Of a DNA stretch of 64,000 nt, positions 48,879-59,255 are shown in pieces. The DNA lies in the sequence record LC768500.1. One strand, given 5' to 3'. Origin of the DNA: Klebsiella phage phiKp_32. The notes under the pieces are model-generated. The model was given only the letters and a program-made list of their open reading frames with translations, was not told the DNA's origin and did not search any database. The number at the start of each line of letters is the position of its first letter. Within the stretch, counting starts at the first letter, position 1. A program made the translations under genes and the position numbers.

Positions 48879-51482
48879 ATGGACATGAGTGTGTCGTTAG
48901 TTCAACCAAGAACTGACTTGATACGTTACGCCGAGTCCAATATGTGGTCGTCTCCCTATAACGATCAACAATTCAGGCTGGAGCTACAACGTATCAGTCC
49001 CCCAGTAGGGTTGGTCAATACCTTTACGTATATGGGTAAAGGGAGAGGATTACCCGATTCCACTACCCCTCATCACGTCTATACTCTTAGTGGTACCTCG
49101 CTAGGGTACTGGAACTTCATCAACAAAAATATAAAAACTAATCCAGTTGATACCTGGGTGAGAGTTGATTGGCTCAGCCATCAACGTGGTGTTTATATTG
49201 AACTTTATCGCCCGGACGGCAGAATCTATCCAAGAGATTGCGCGTGGATCATGCGGACTTATGACGGTGCACACCTTCTTTGTGTGGAACGTTTAACCAA
49301 CTACCCGCTGCCATTAAACGATAACTTCTATCTACGGTGTTATACCCCTGATTGGGATATTTATCGTGGGGTGGAAGGAACCGACGAAAATAACGGGTTT
49401 CAGTATACCAGTTTCGTTGGTCCAACTCAGGCTAATCTCACGGCGCTCCAAACCCAACTCAATACGTGGAGTGGTTTAGGCGGATTATCGTCCATTTATG
49501 TCGATGGAATAAAATGTCCGTCTCTTCCTACCGTGTCGGCTGTTACGTCGAATACCATCGTAGAGATTTTCTACGATCCGACCGTTTATAGAGTCGATAA
49601 CTACGACTTGAAAACTCTGCCGGACTTCTATTCTGATTTGGATAGCAAGCGTAAATACATCGTCCACCCTCCTAAGGTTGAAGGTGACTGGGCGTTCCGG
49701 TACTTCGACGATTGCGACATCTACATCACGACCCCAACCGGGAAAGGGTTATATTTCAATATCAATAGTCCGGATGCATTGCGTCAACTCACTCACGCTG
49801 ACTATAGTGTGAGCGCTGATTACGTCGCGACCCTTATTGATACCCTGGCTGATCTTAAGAATCGAGACGATCTGAAATTGCAGGTGATTTATCGCAGCAC
49901 GAACTGGAGTCACGATCTCGTATGGGAAGCCAATCGAATCAGGTACCTTTACCGTCTTGATGATAATGGAATAATCAACGCAATGACTGCGGTTCACTCC
50001 ACGTTGCCTGAATGGACAGCCAGTGGTTTGGAAAATTCTTATTCCATGCTGATCAACAGACAGAAATGGGGAGAGCTGACCGATGAGAATATCGTTAAAG
50101 CGTTAGGGTTTAATGCCCTGACACAAGCTTTAGCATCATCACCGGTATCAATGCCCTACGTGGAAGGATACGCCGGTTACGACGTTCCTGTTAGCTTCCA
50201 GGAAGCTTGCGTGGCTTTTGAGTACGATGCCGATGGATTGCTCATCAACAATTATCCGTTGACTAACGCACTGAAATACGCTCCTAACAATCCAACCTGC
50301 GCCATGGTGGAGTTCATCGCTGGTAGTCCGGCCATCACCAGACATCAAGTGATTGGGAGTGATCCGGTTACGCTGTTGAGTAACTGGTCTTATTTAGCAT
50401 TGCAATCCGGCCGGTTAGTTTCCACCGGGGAATCTGACGGGAAATGGGCACCTGCGGTATTGGGGACTGACTATACCGTTACCAATGGTGTTCTTACCTG
50501 GATCCATGATTCAACAAACCGGATAGGTAGAGTTATCTTTAACGATGTTTTCCTTTACAAGGATTTCACGTTATCGCATCTCGACAACTCTATTTATTTC
50601 GCCATTACCGAAATATGGGAAGGCGGCGGGATAGCTGCGGACATCGCGCCGGCCAACATCTATATTTGGATGAACGGTCATCCCCTCATTCTTAACGTCG
50701 ATTACGTGATGGATTACCCTAGAGTGTTCATCAATAACAAGATGTATTTGAATGAGAGCGGAGAAAACGATTTTGTCGTGGCTGCGTTCGGGATAAGTAC
50801 GAGTTTAACTCAGCCGGTAGAAGAATCTGAATTAGGTTATATCGTCGGTGGGACCATAGGGGTTAACGGACGTTACAATATCCGGGACGGAAGGGATACA
50901 AGGCTTATCGCTGCGGGTCGCTTATTCCCATCTGGCGGTATCGATGATTCAGAGCAACACGCTCCTCAGAACGCCGGTTATTCTCTCAACGGTTACCCGT
51001 ATCAGGTTAAGCACGTTTATCAGACCGTTCAAAAAGCGGTGGATTTTAATAACTATCCTCGGTACGCCGAAGACAGGGATTTGGATAATCGCATCTGTAC
51101 TTACCTGACGACGTATTGTGAGAAACCAGGACCTATTGTTTGGCCTAACATCTCCGACAAATACAGATTGTTTAGTCCTTTCCTGAATCAGATCGTAAAC
51201 GCAATATTGCTGAAAATCATTACCGTCCCTGCACCAACCACAGGTGGGGTATTCAGTAAACAGGTGATCAATGAGCTAACCAAAGATTATCAATGGTTGC
51301 TTGATTACGATCCGGCTTTCTTGAAATACGACTTACGGTATTACACGATCAATCCGTTTTCCATGGCGGGTATGCAAACTGTAACAACCGCCCAGTTACT
51401 CTTCATCACTCAGGTTAACGAAATCTATCTCAATAGCGCGTGCGGCATAGAGGGATATTTTGAGGTAAATAATAATGTTTGA
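48879..51482 (+). CDS. hypothetical large virion-type protein
   Basis: 867-aa ORF between the sheath/tube pair and the terminase. Confidence 0.6.
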   Translation: MDMSVSLVQPRTDLIRYAESNMWSSPYNDQQFRLELQRISPPVGLVNTFTYMGKGRGLPDSTTPHHVYTLSGTSLGYWNFINKNIKTNPVDTWVRVDWLSHQRGVYIELYRPDGRIYPRDCAWIMRTYDGAHLLCVERLTNYPLPLNDNFYLRCYTPDWDIYRGVEGTDENNGFQYTSFVGPTQANLTALQTQLNTWSGLGGLSSIYVDGIKCPSLPTVSAVTSNTIVEIFYDPTVYRVDNYDLKTLPDFYSDLDSKRKYIVHPPKVEGDWAFRYFDDCDIYITTPTGKGLYFNINSPDALRQLTHADYSVSADYVATLIDTLADLKNRDDLKLQVIYRSTNWSHDLVWEANRIRYLYRLDDNGIINAMTAVHSTLPEWTASGLENSYSMLINRQKWGELTDENIVKALGFNALTQALASSPVSMPYVEGYAGYDVPVSFQEACVAFEYDADGLLINNYPLTNALKYAPNNPTCAMVEFIAGSPAITRHQVIGSDPVTLLSNWSYLALQSGRLVSTGESDGKWAPAVLGTDYTVTNGVLTWIHDSTNRIGRVIFNDVFLYKDFTLSHLDNSIYFAITEIWEGGGIAADIAPANIYIWMNGHPLILNVDYVMDYPRVFINNKMYLNESGENDFVVAAFGISTSLTQPVEESELGYIVGGTIGVNGRYNIRDGRDTRLIAAGRLFPSGGIDDSEQHAPQNAGYSLNGYPYQVKHVYQTVQKAVDFNNYPRYAEDRDLDNRICTYLTTYCEKPGPIVWPNISDKYRLFSPFLNQIVNAILLKIITVPAPTTGGVFSKQVINELTKDYQWLLDYDPAFLKYDLRYYTINPFSMAGMQTVTTAQLLFITQVNEIYLNSACGIEGYFEVNNNV

Positions 51483-53190
51483 TACCAGCACCACATCGAC
51501 CACATCAAGTACGAGTGTTGCGGCGACGGGTCCTCAGTTACCTAACTCGAATGATCTACTCACCCCACTCGATATTTCCAACCTTTACGATCCGGATACG
51601 GTAGCTGATTCTGATGCGTCCAAATACATCGTTGGTCGTGAAGGCCAAACTGTCATAGACGGATTGAACCAACGAGCTTACGTCATTACTCACGTTGGTA
51701 CCGAAGATGCGAAATACAAATCAACGTTAAAACGGATAGGATTCGTTACGGATAGCGACGACAACTCCAGTGACATCATTGGTTTACCGGGACGTTTTGC
51801 CGGCAATGGTGTTTTGGGAATCGACTACAGTGTCAGGCCTCCTCGGGCTGTCGTCGACGGCCGAGTATGGGCTCCTGATGCAGCTTACGGTTTGCTTTAT
51901 AAAGGTGTAGTTATCGGTGATACCGGTCAGGTCATTTCTGTTCAATACGCGACTAACGGTGATTTGATTTCTAATCAGGTCCCGACTAAATTAGCTGCGG
52001 TTAACAACATGACCAACCACAGCATCTTCACCACTACTGCGTTTTCGGTGACTCAAACAGCTGATGAACTCCCTGACGGAAGTTTGTGTACGCTGGTGTT
52101 CTTCGATGCCGCCGGTAACATGATTCCTGAACCTTATGAACTTGGCGTGATGCACACTGCGTTGCTGAGAGATCATCAGATCGGGATCAAGTATGTTTCG
52201 GCTATTGAACTGATTTCTCCTTGGTTCACTGATACGACCGATCCTACTACGCTGAACATTCCTATCAACGTTGCGATGAGTTCGGTTCAATTCTCTGCGC
52301 GCATCCATTATAACGATGGATCAACCAAAGAGCAATTGATTGACGGAACCAAATGTGCGATCATCGGGCTCAATGAATACAAACCTACTACGGTAGGTCA
52401 GCGTGCTTCGATCGTACTTCGTTATTCGTTCGATGAGGGCGAACAGGCTTTAATTGCTACGCCTAATTATCCCGACATGATCACCCAGGCTTATCAGATC
52501 GTTTGTACTCAGGTTAACGGTGCTTACTCTCCAAAACTCTACACGTATCCAGTGTGGAACGGAACAGGGTATTCGCTCAAACATTACCTGTACGATCTTA
52601 CCCGCCGATATGCAACTGACGTCACTCAGCACGTTACGCTCAACGACACGTCGCCAGCCTTCCAGCCGGCCAACTATGGCGTTCAGCAAGACATGGTGTT
52701 TAACCTGACGTTGTCAGACGTATCTTCGACGTTTAAAGCATGGACGCTGGTACAACATACTTCTATTACGTTGTATAAAGCGAATACCGGGACGGGTCGT
52801 CGTTGGGGCATTCGGTACTCTTCTGCGAATAACCCTTACGTCGCTTATAACGTCGGGTATACCGAAGCCAATGGTGTTCAGTCCATTAACCTGGCTGGCT
52901 CCATCCTCACGATTTCTGATTGGTTGAATCGACTCTACTATCCGGTAGAACCATTGATCGATACCACGAAAGAATCGGCGGCTCTGGTTCCTAACTATAT
53001 CCGGTTGGTTGACACTAACGGGGTTACTCACGACCTTGAAATCAACGATTGGAATAAACCTCAAGCTCTCACTTCTCCTGTTGCAAGTGGTCAAACCCTC
53101 TTCCTGCAATGGATTCAGAAATCAGAGAACGGGGCCGAACTCCAATTGGCGACCACGGGTGTTGTTGTAGACGTCGCTCCGAGCAATTAA
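51475..53190 (+). CDS. hypothetical protein with a Ser/Thr-rich N-terminus (possible fiber or structural protein)
   Basis: 571-aa ORF; ATGTTTGA overlap with the upstream gene. Confidence 0.55.
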   Translation: MFDTSTTSTTSSTSVAATGPQLPNSNDLLTPLDISNLYDPDTVADSDASKYIVGREGQTVIDGLNQRAYVITHVGTEDAKYKSTLKRIGFVTDSDDNSSDIIGLPGRFAGNGVLGIDYSVRPPRAVVDGRVWAPDAAYGLLYKGVVIGDTGQVISVQYATNGDLISNQVPTKLAAVNNMTNHSIFTTTAFSVTQTADELPDGSLCTLVFFDAAGNMIPEPYELGVMHTALLRDHQIGIKYVSAIELISPWFTDTTDPTTLNIPINVAMSSVQFSARIHYNDGSTKEQLIDGTKCAIIGLNEYKPTTVGQRASIVLRYSFDEGEQALIATPNYPDMITQAYQIVCTQVNGAYSPKLYTYPVWNGTGYSLKHYLYDLTRRYATDVTQHVTLNDTSPAFQPANYGVQQDMVFNLTLSDVSSTFKAWTLVQHTSITLYKANTGTGRRWGIRYSSANNPYVAYNVGYTEANGVQSINLAGSILTISDWLNRLYYPVEPLIDTTKESAALVPNYIRLVDTNGVTHDLEINDWNKPQALTSPVASGQTLFLQWIQKSENGAELQLATTGVVVDVAPSN

Positions 53191-53274
53191 CGTTCGTTAT
53201 CCTAACTACCGGTCTGAAAAGACCGGTAGTTATATTTTATATCGAGACCGAGACAAACCGACAGGATAAAAAAC

Positions 53275-56200
53275 ATGTTTGCAAGTAAAGACGAATTAGA
53301 ACTACATCTTGCAAGAGAAAAACTTGCTATGATAGGAGCGACAGAAAGTCAGCTCCCCGAATACCTGCTCGATGACGACACAGAAGCGCTTCCCATCAGG
53401 ACCCCAGAAGAGTTGCTTCTAGCCCATTATCGAGAAGATACGTTAAGCGCGATCAAAACGGTCAGGTTCTTAAAGGACTTCGAACGTTATAACGCTAAAC
53501 CGGATCTGACGACGAAGAACATCTCTTTCTTAAAGGTTGCTGAAATCTTTAGACTGATGGGAATAAAGAATTACTATTTCTGCCTCCAGCTCAACAATCC
53601 GTTGCTGATAGGGGTGGATCCTTACGACCCCAACCTGACAGATGAACAAAAATTCATGATCCTCCAGGAGTGCCGTGAAAACTTCTGGTATTTCCTCCGT
53701 GAAGTACTTCATTTGAGTGGGGGTATTCAGTTCCAGGCAAACAGAGCAAACATCTGTTTCTTATGGTGTTATTTGTGTCACGTCAACACCATGCTTATCA
53801 TTCCCCGCCAATTTGGAAAGCTGAGCAAGCTAGATTCCTTAGTGAAGATCCCAAATGGATGGCGTAGAATGGGTGACATCAAGATTAATGATGTGGTTAG
53901 TACTCCAGATGGGGGTACGGCTAGAGTCTCTGGTGTTTATCCTCAGGGCGTTAAATCGTTATATCGTGTTACCTTTTATGACGGTCGTACGGCGGATGTT
54001 GGCGCCGAGCATTACTGGACTGTTTGGGACCCAGGTAAAGGCGACGGTGGCATCTGGCGCACACTCACTACGTTAGAATGCCAACAACGCATGACTGAGA
54101 TGAAGAAGTCGCATAACTATCTCTCCGTTCCTTTGGTTCAGCCTGATAATGACCCGGACAAGAAACTCGCCATTCATCCTTATGTCTTAGGTGTATTGCT
54201 GGGTGACGGCGGTATTTCTGGCAGTTCTGTTTTAATAACCAAACCCGACAAAGAACTTTACGATAAAGTCTGTAGTCTCATTCCTGATACTCTAGTCGCC
54301 GAATGGTGTAATGAAAAAACATTTGTCATTAAGCGCAGACCTGATGTTGAAGAAAAGACTAACGTAATGAAAGATAGTCTTAAAAGTGTTGATCTGATGG
54401 GCCTTCGGTCCTGGGAGAAATTTGTTCCTACAGATTATTTAAACGGCTCTTATCGTCAGCGTTTAGAGTTGTTGCAGGGTTTACTCGATACTGATGGACA
54501 CGCAGGTACCGGTGGTAACATTGAGTACTGTACGACGTCCCCCAAACTCGCTAAAGACTTCGTTTACCTTGCTCGTAGCATCGGTGCTATCTGTACTTGT
54601 AAAGAACGCCAGACGTATTATACCGACAAAGGAGAACGTAAACCTGGCCGGGTTTCTTATCGCATTAGCGTTCGTTATACGAAACCCTGGGAACTCTTCA
54701 CGTTAAGTCGTAAACGGGATCGTTTAGTTGACAAAACACGAGGGTTAAAATTTAACAGCCGTTTAACCATGCGTTCCATCGAGTATGTAGGGGAAGAAGA
54801 GACTCAGTGCATTGAAGTGGACCATCCTGATCATCTTTACATCATGGATGATTTCGTCGTCACTCATAATACTGTTTCTGCTCAGAGCATTATGTTCTGG
54901 CTAACTTACTTAACCGGGAAGTCTTACGAGTCCCACTTAATCACCCTGAAAGACGATAACCGTAGTCAGTTCGTAGAGGCGTTAAAGGGTATCCGTAACA
55001 ACATCCCGAGTTACTTAACCAACGTGGGGTGGCGAGATAAGGATAGCGGTAACTCGTTAACCTATAGTGCGTTTGGGGATGATAAGAAAAACATCTTCCG
55101 TATTAGCGTGCCGCAAATCGGTAGAGAAGCCGCTCGTAACGTCGGTCGTGGTTTGACTATCAAAACGCGTATGATCGACGAACCGGCATATATCAACTTC
55201 ATGGAAGAGATACTTAACGGTGCAGGTCCTAGTACGCTAACGGCTCGTGCTAACGCCAGAAGAATAGGCGAACCCTACGGGACGGGATTCATTACCACGC
55301 CTGCGAGTAAAACGACAGCCAGCGGCGAATACATGTACAACATGTTGATGGATGCGACCGAGTGGCGAGAAACGTTCTTCGACAGTTTTAACGAAAGTCA
55401 TCTGTACCAGCGTTTGATTAAAGCGAGTCCTGTGGAGGGAATCACCAGTCCTACCGTAGGCATGGTTTTCAACTACTTGCAGTTGGGTAGGAATAAAGAC
55501 TGGGTTAAGAAAACCATAGACGAGTTAAAGTTAAGTTTAGCCGAAGCGAAGATTGACTTACTGTTAATGTGGGACGATGCCAGTAAAGGTAAACTTTTCG
55601 ACGACTTAACTCGAGAAGCATTAAACGAGGGTAAACGAGGAATACTCTGGAGTCAGGAAGTAGGGAGTACGGGGTTGTTCATCGACTGGTTTATTACGCC
55701 AGAAGAACACACTCAAATCATTACTGGGAATAGTCAAACCTTTTACGTCGTCGGTTGTGATACTTCCGCTGCGCAAAACCGAGACGCCTGTACTGTCGTG
55801 ATAAGAGACGTCATGGACGGTAAAGTGATTGGGGTGGGTCGTTATCCGATAGCCTACTTAATGGACGTAGGCGAGGTATTACAGACGATCCTGTTAGAGA
55901 TTAAGAACAGCTTACTGATCATCGAGCGTAACTTCGCGCACCACATGATCGACCAACTGCTCGTTAGTCTTCCTGCATTAGGCATCGATCCCTTTAAACG
56001 TATCTTTAATCAGATCGTACAAGATCCGGTTAAGTACGAAAAAGAAATGATCGAGTTTAAACAACGTAATTTCGCTAACAGAGACAGTCACTTCTATCTG
56101 AGATTCAAACATCTGTTTGGGTTCGTTACCAATGCCAAAACGCGTGACGAAGTATATAGTTTTATCCAGGAAGCCGTAGGGACGACCGGAGATAAAATTT

Positions 56201-56673
56201 ACTATACCAAACTCATCGACGAGCTGGTTAACCTCAAAGAGAAGGGAGGTAGGATAGACCACGAAAACAACAAACACGATGACCTGGTTATCGCTTGGTT
56301 GTTGGGATTCTGGTTCTTGAAACTAGGTAACAACAAAAGTGAGTACGGAATTCCTCCAGGCATTAGTTTGAGTAAAATCAGCTTAATGCGTGTTGGGGAC
56401 GATAAGAATGAGGAAACCAACAGTGCGCACAATGAAGCGATGGTTGCACTCTATCGTCGTAAAGTTGAAGAGCTGAGTGACAGACTTATTAAAACCACCG
56501 ACAATACCGTAGCTCAAAGGATCGAGTACATGATTGACAAACTCAGCAGCATGATCCCTCAGGATAAGCGTAAGAGTTTGACCATCGATGAAATCGTTAG
56601 GAAAGCCAAGGAAGAAAGAGGCCGTCGAGTATTGGAAGCACGTAAGTTACGCAGTCGTTACGTGTATATCTAA
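53275..56673 (+). CDS. terL: terminase large subunit (T4 gp17-like) interrupted by an intein; mature protein about 782 aa
   Basis: Exteins: ..IPRQFGK|TVSAQSIMFWLTYL.. (cf. T4 gp17 SRQLGKTTVVAIFLAHF), ..RGLTIKTRMIDEPAYI.. (Walker B), ..GTGFITTPA.., nuclease ..FYVVGCDTSAAQNRDACTVVIRDV.. (cf. [23 protein letters not shown]). Confidence 0.8.
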   Translation: MFASKDELELHLAREKLAMIGATESQLPEYLLDDDTEALPIRTPEELLLAHYREDTLSAIKTVRFLKDFERYNAKPDLTTKNISFLKVAEIFRLMGIKNYYFCLQLNNPLLIGVDPYDPNLTDEQKFMILQECRENFWYFLREVLHLSGGIQFQANRANICFLWCYLCHVNTMLIIPRQFGKLSKLDSLVKIPNGWRRMGDIKINDVVSTPDGGTARVSGVYPQGVKSLYRVTFYDGRTADVGAEHYWTVWDPGKGDGGIWRTLTTLECQQRMTEMKKSHNYLSVPLVQPDNDPDKKLAIHPYVLGVLLGDGGISGSSVLITKPDKELYDKVCSLIPDTLVAEWCNEKTFVIKRRPDVEEKTNVMKDSLKSVDLMGLRSWEKFVPTDYLNGSYRQRLELLQGLLDTDGHAGTGGNIEYCTTSPKLAKDFVYLARSIGAICTCKERQTYYTDKGERKPGRVSYRISVRYTKPWELFTLSRKRDRLVDKTRGLKFNSRLTMRSIEYVGEEETQCIEVDHPDHLYIMDDFVVTHNTVSAQSIMFWLTYLTGKSYESHLITLKDDNRSQFVEALKGIRNNIPSYLTNVGWRDKDSGNSLTYSAFGDDKKNIFRISVPQIGREAARNVGRGLTIKTRMIDEPAYINFMEEILNGAGPSTLTARANARRIGEPYGTGFITTPASKTTASGEYMYNMLMDATEWRETFFDSFNESHLYQRLIKASPVEGITSPTVGMVFNYLQLGRNKDWVKKTIDELKLSLAEAKIDLLLMWDDASKGKLFDDLTREALNEGKRGILWSQEVGSTGLFIDWFITPEEHTQIITGNSQTFYVVGCDTSAAQNRDACTVVIRDVMDGKVIGVGRYPIAYLMDVGEVLQTILLEIKNSLLIIERNFAHHMIDQLLVSLPALGIDPFKRIFNQIVQDPVKYEKEMIEFKQRNFANRDSHFYLRFKHLFGFVTNAKTRDEVYSFIQEAVGTTGDKIYYTKLIDELVNLKEKGGRIDHENNKHDDLVIAWLLGFWFLKLGNNKSEYGIPPGISLSKISLMRVGDDKNEETNSAHNEAMVALYRRKVEELSDRLIKTTDNTVAQRIEYMIDKLSSMIPQDKRKSLTIDEIVRKAKEERGRRVLEARKLRSRYVYI
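53821..54870 (+). mobile_element. intein (about 350 aa) with a LAGLIDADG homing endonuclease, inserted in the terminase Walker A loop
   Basis: C-terminal ..FVVTHN|T; LAGLIDADG motifs ..LGVLLGDGG.. and ..LQGLLDTDGH..; block-B-like ..GAEHYWTV..; block-F-like ..TQCIEVDHP..; first residue Leu. Confidence 0.7.
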
Positions 56674-56735
56674 ATTTTTATAAGTCTATATTACCATGAT
56701 GTAAACCTCGTATAAACTTTTTAGGAGCTAACATC

Positions 56736-56951
56736 ATGAACAAGTTTAATGTTACCTTTATCCGTCACGACGATGCTCTGGTCGCTAACGTTCCTTGTGT
56801 CAACGAGGAAAAGGATGTGTTACTCGGAGGTGGGTTGGTCGATTCTCGTTTAGGTCATCTCGAAGTCGATATCAAAACGGGAACTCTCGTTCTCAGATCC
56901 AATTGCGCCAACGATTCACTTACGACGGAATGTCGCCTGCATTACATTTAA
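56736..56951 (+). CDS. hypothetical small protein
   Basis: TTAGGAGCTAACATC-ATG initiation motif. Confidence 0.5.
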   Translation: MNKFNVTFIRHDDALVANVPCVNEEKDVLLGGGLVDSRLGHLEVDIKTGTLVLRSNCANDSLTTECRLHYI

Positions 56952-56995
56952 CATTATACCCCTACGGCGTAATCGCCGTAGGGGTATAGTTTTTA
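56950..56995. terminator. hairpin TATACCCCTACGGCG..CGCCGTAGGGGTATA between convergent genes
   Basis: Long perfect inverted repeat plus a T-run. Confidence 0.55.
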
Positions 56996-56996
56996 T

Positions 56997-57605
56997 TTAG
57001 TTTCTAATGTAATCCACCAACGCTTCAAAATCACCGTCGTAGAAATACGGCTTAATTTTGATTAAAGAACAAGCCGCAGACAAAGTGTTTTCGTAACGAT
57101 GAACGAATCGCTCAAAATACTCTCGGTTGAGAAGACGGGTTTCTTGATCATCTAAAGATACTCTTTTATTCCAAGCTCTATCTAAAAACGTATCATAATC
57201 GATTTTTACAAAGATAAGTTTATCGGGGTACATTTGGGTGTTGAATATTTTTAAAGCCTTTACGTTGCGTTCTATAACACTGTAAAGACCTATTCGACCA
57301 TTACCCTGATAAACCGCAGTAGAAATAAAACAGCGATCGGAGATAACTGTCTTCCCTTGATTTAAAGCAGGAACAACAACTTTATCTCCTAACTCTATTC
57401 GCTGAGCAATAGCGAGATAAAGTTTTGCTTCTTCACAAATCCCGTTATCGATAATGAGATTACGGATGGTTAACAAAGAGTCCGGAGACTTAGCCGGTTC
57501 TTCCACTTGAAGAACGTCGTAATTATCGGTCTTCAATCTCTCTGTTAGTTGTTTGGTTAAAGTTGACTTACCCGCTAAGTCCATGCCTTCGAGAACAATG
57601 TACAT
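56997..57605 (-). CDS. tmk: thymidylate kinase
   Basis: MYIVLEGMDLAGKSTLTKQL.. P-loop typical of dTMP kinases. Confidence 0.75.
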   Translation of the reverse strand: MYIVLEGMDLAGKSTLTKQLTERLKTDNYDVLQVEEPAKSPDSLLTIRNLIIDNGICEEAKLYLAIAQRIELGDKVVVPALNQGKTVISDRCFISTAVYQGNGRIGLYSVIERNVKALKIFNTQMYPDKLIFVKIDYDTFLDRAWNKRVSLDDQETRLLNREYFERFVHRYENTLSAACSLIKIKPYFYDGDFEALVDYIRN

Positions 57606-57675
57606 AGTGAATTTCTCCTGTAGATTTTTATCACTATAACTTATTTATAACCGTTTTAATTTAGGAGTTAGTATC

Positions 57676-58017
57676 ATGGCTGAACACAAGAATACCTTAA
57701 ACGAAATAACAGGCGGAATGAAGCGAGGAGAGTTTTATTCTTTATCGGCGTCAACCCCTCCTGAAAAATCGGTCTTTCATAACACCTACAGTAATTCCGC
57801 TACACCTGAAAACAAAGTAGCGAGTATGAAACTTTTTATCTTCGATTATTACAACAATCTTAAACCGGATATGGTTTTCGCTTATAATCAAGAAGAAGCG
57901 ATCGCCATGATCAAAGAAGCGGTGATTACGGGTCAACCAGATAAATTTTATTCTTCGGTTAAAGAGATTGAAATTCCCGCAGATCCAGCTTACGTTCGTT
58001 ACAATTCCGGAGAATAA
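57676..58017 (+). CDS. hypothetical protein
   Basis: TTAGGAGTTAGTATC-ATG initiation motif. Confidence 0.5.
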   Translation: MAEHKNTLNEITGGMKRGEFYSLSASTPPEKSVFHNTYSNSATPENKVASMKLFIFDYYNNLKPDMVFAYNQEEAIAMIKEAVITGQPDKFYSSVKEIEIPADPAYVRYNSGE

Positions 58018-58020
58018 AAA

Positions 58021-58947
58021 ATGGAAAAGAAAAAAGAACCATCTTTGTCTAAATCAGACTTGCCTGAAAATATGCTAAGAACTCCGTTTGATCTTGTTGA
58101 CGATTATCAAGAAAATAAAAAGGGTGTGGTTAAACTCGCCTTACCTAACGATCAACTCCCTACAGATGCGCTGGGTCGGACCCCTGACTTACGGTCGGAC
58201 GGTTCTCCTGCTTTTAGAAGAGAAGATCTTTTTAAAGGTTTACGGGCCGTCGAAATAGCACCTGTACCAGAAAAATCATCGGACTCCGGTAATGTGCAGC
58301 AACAAAGAATTGAACTTCTGATCAAAAAGATAGCAGAGATGTTCGATTGTTCTGAAGAACGGGCAGCTGGCATCGTAAAGGAAGCCCTGGCCCAAAGGAA
58401 TATAGACCAAACGCTAGACAGTATGTTTGATAACATTAGTAAATTTCAGGAAATCGGGGTTGTAAATGGAATGCCTCCAAAACTCATCCCTCCCGCCTCT
58501 GGTGTCATGTGGATCAATCTAGTAGATCCGGCGACCGGAGAACCTATTAAGAGAGAAGATCTCGTTAAAGCAATGCAAGACGTCGATCTGGAAGAGGCAT
58601 ATCCGGGTACTCGTAAAACAAATCCTGAGCTATACCGGACTTCACCTTATCCGACTCCCGAAGAGATGATTACTTCTCAGAACATCGGCATGGGTAAGTT
58701 GGTACACGTTACCGACAAATGGTTCTTCTATCGTCATCACCAATTCCACAGCATTCATCACAAACGTCGTAAAGCACACTTCGATGAAATCAGTCTTATG
58801 CTGATTCGTTTTAACTGGGTTCAGTACAAAGAAGCGCTGCATAAGAAGAAATATCATATCTTCGATAAGACCCCTCGGGCTAAGGCTGAACGTTTAGCAC
58901 TTAAACGTTCCAGAGAAAAGATTAAATCAACTTTGATGATTAGTTGA
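58021..58947 (+). CDS. hypothetical protein
   Basis: 308-aa ORF. Confidence 0.55.
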   Translation: MEKKKEPSLSKSDLPENMLRTPFDLVDDYQENKKGVVKLALPNDQLPTDALGRTPDLRSDGSPAFRREDLFKGLRAVEIAPVPEKSSDSGNVQQQRIELLIKKIAEMFDCSEERAAGIVKEALAQRNIDQTLDSMFDNISKFQEIGVVNGMPPKLIPPASGVMWINLVDPATGEPIKREDLVKAMQDVDLEEAYPGTRKTNPELYRTSPYPTPEEMITSQNIGMGKLVHVTDKWFFYRHHQFHSIHHKRRKAHFDEISLMLIRFNWVQYKEALHKKKYHIFDKTPRAKAERLALKRSREKIKSTLMIS

Positions 58948-58955
58948 GGTTAGGC

Positions 58956-59255
58956 GTGGAGATTCCATTAGTAAGTTCAGGGGTTGGGATACACGATAGG
59001 TATTACGAGATAATCAGATATGGCTTTAACGAGTGTTTAAACGGATTGGATGACGAAAACAACCAAGCCAGTTACAAAGATTATCATGGCAATATTTTTA
59101 CGGCATCCCGATTGAGACCTAACAATAGCTCTAACTTTATTTATTCTTTCAGGGTAGGAGAACGAACCCTATTAACAGGTGTAACTGATCCAAGTGCGGT
59201 GGACTTAACGGAATACCGTAACCTTTTTAGGTTCATTAAAATCAAAGGTTATTGA
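58956..59255 (+). CDS. hypothetical protein (GTG start)
   Basis: RBS GAGG 6 nt upstream of GTG 58956. Confidence 0.4.
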   Translation: MEIPLVSSGVGIHDRYYEIIRYGFNECLNGLDDENNQASYKDYHGNIFTASRLRPNNSSNFIYSFRVGERTLLTGVTDPSAVDLTEYRNLFRFIKIKGY

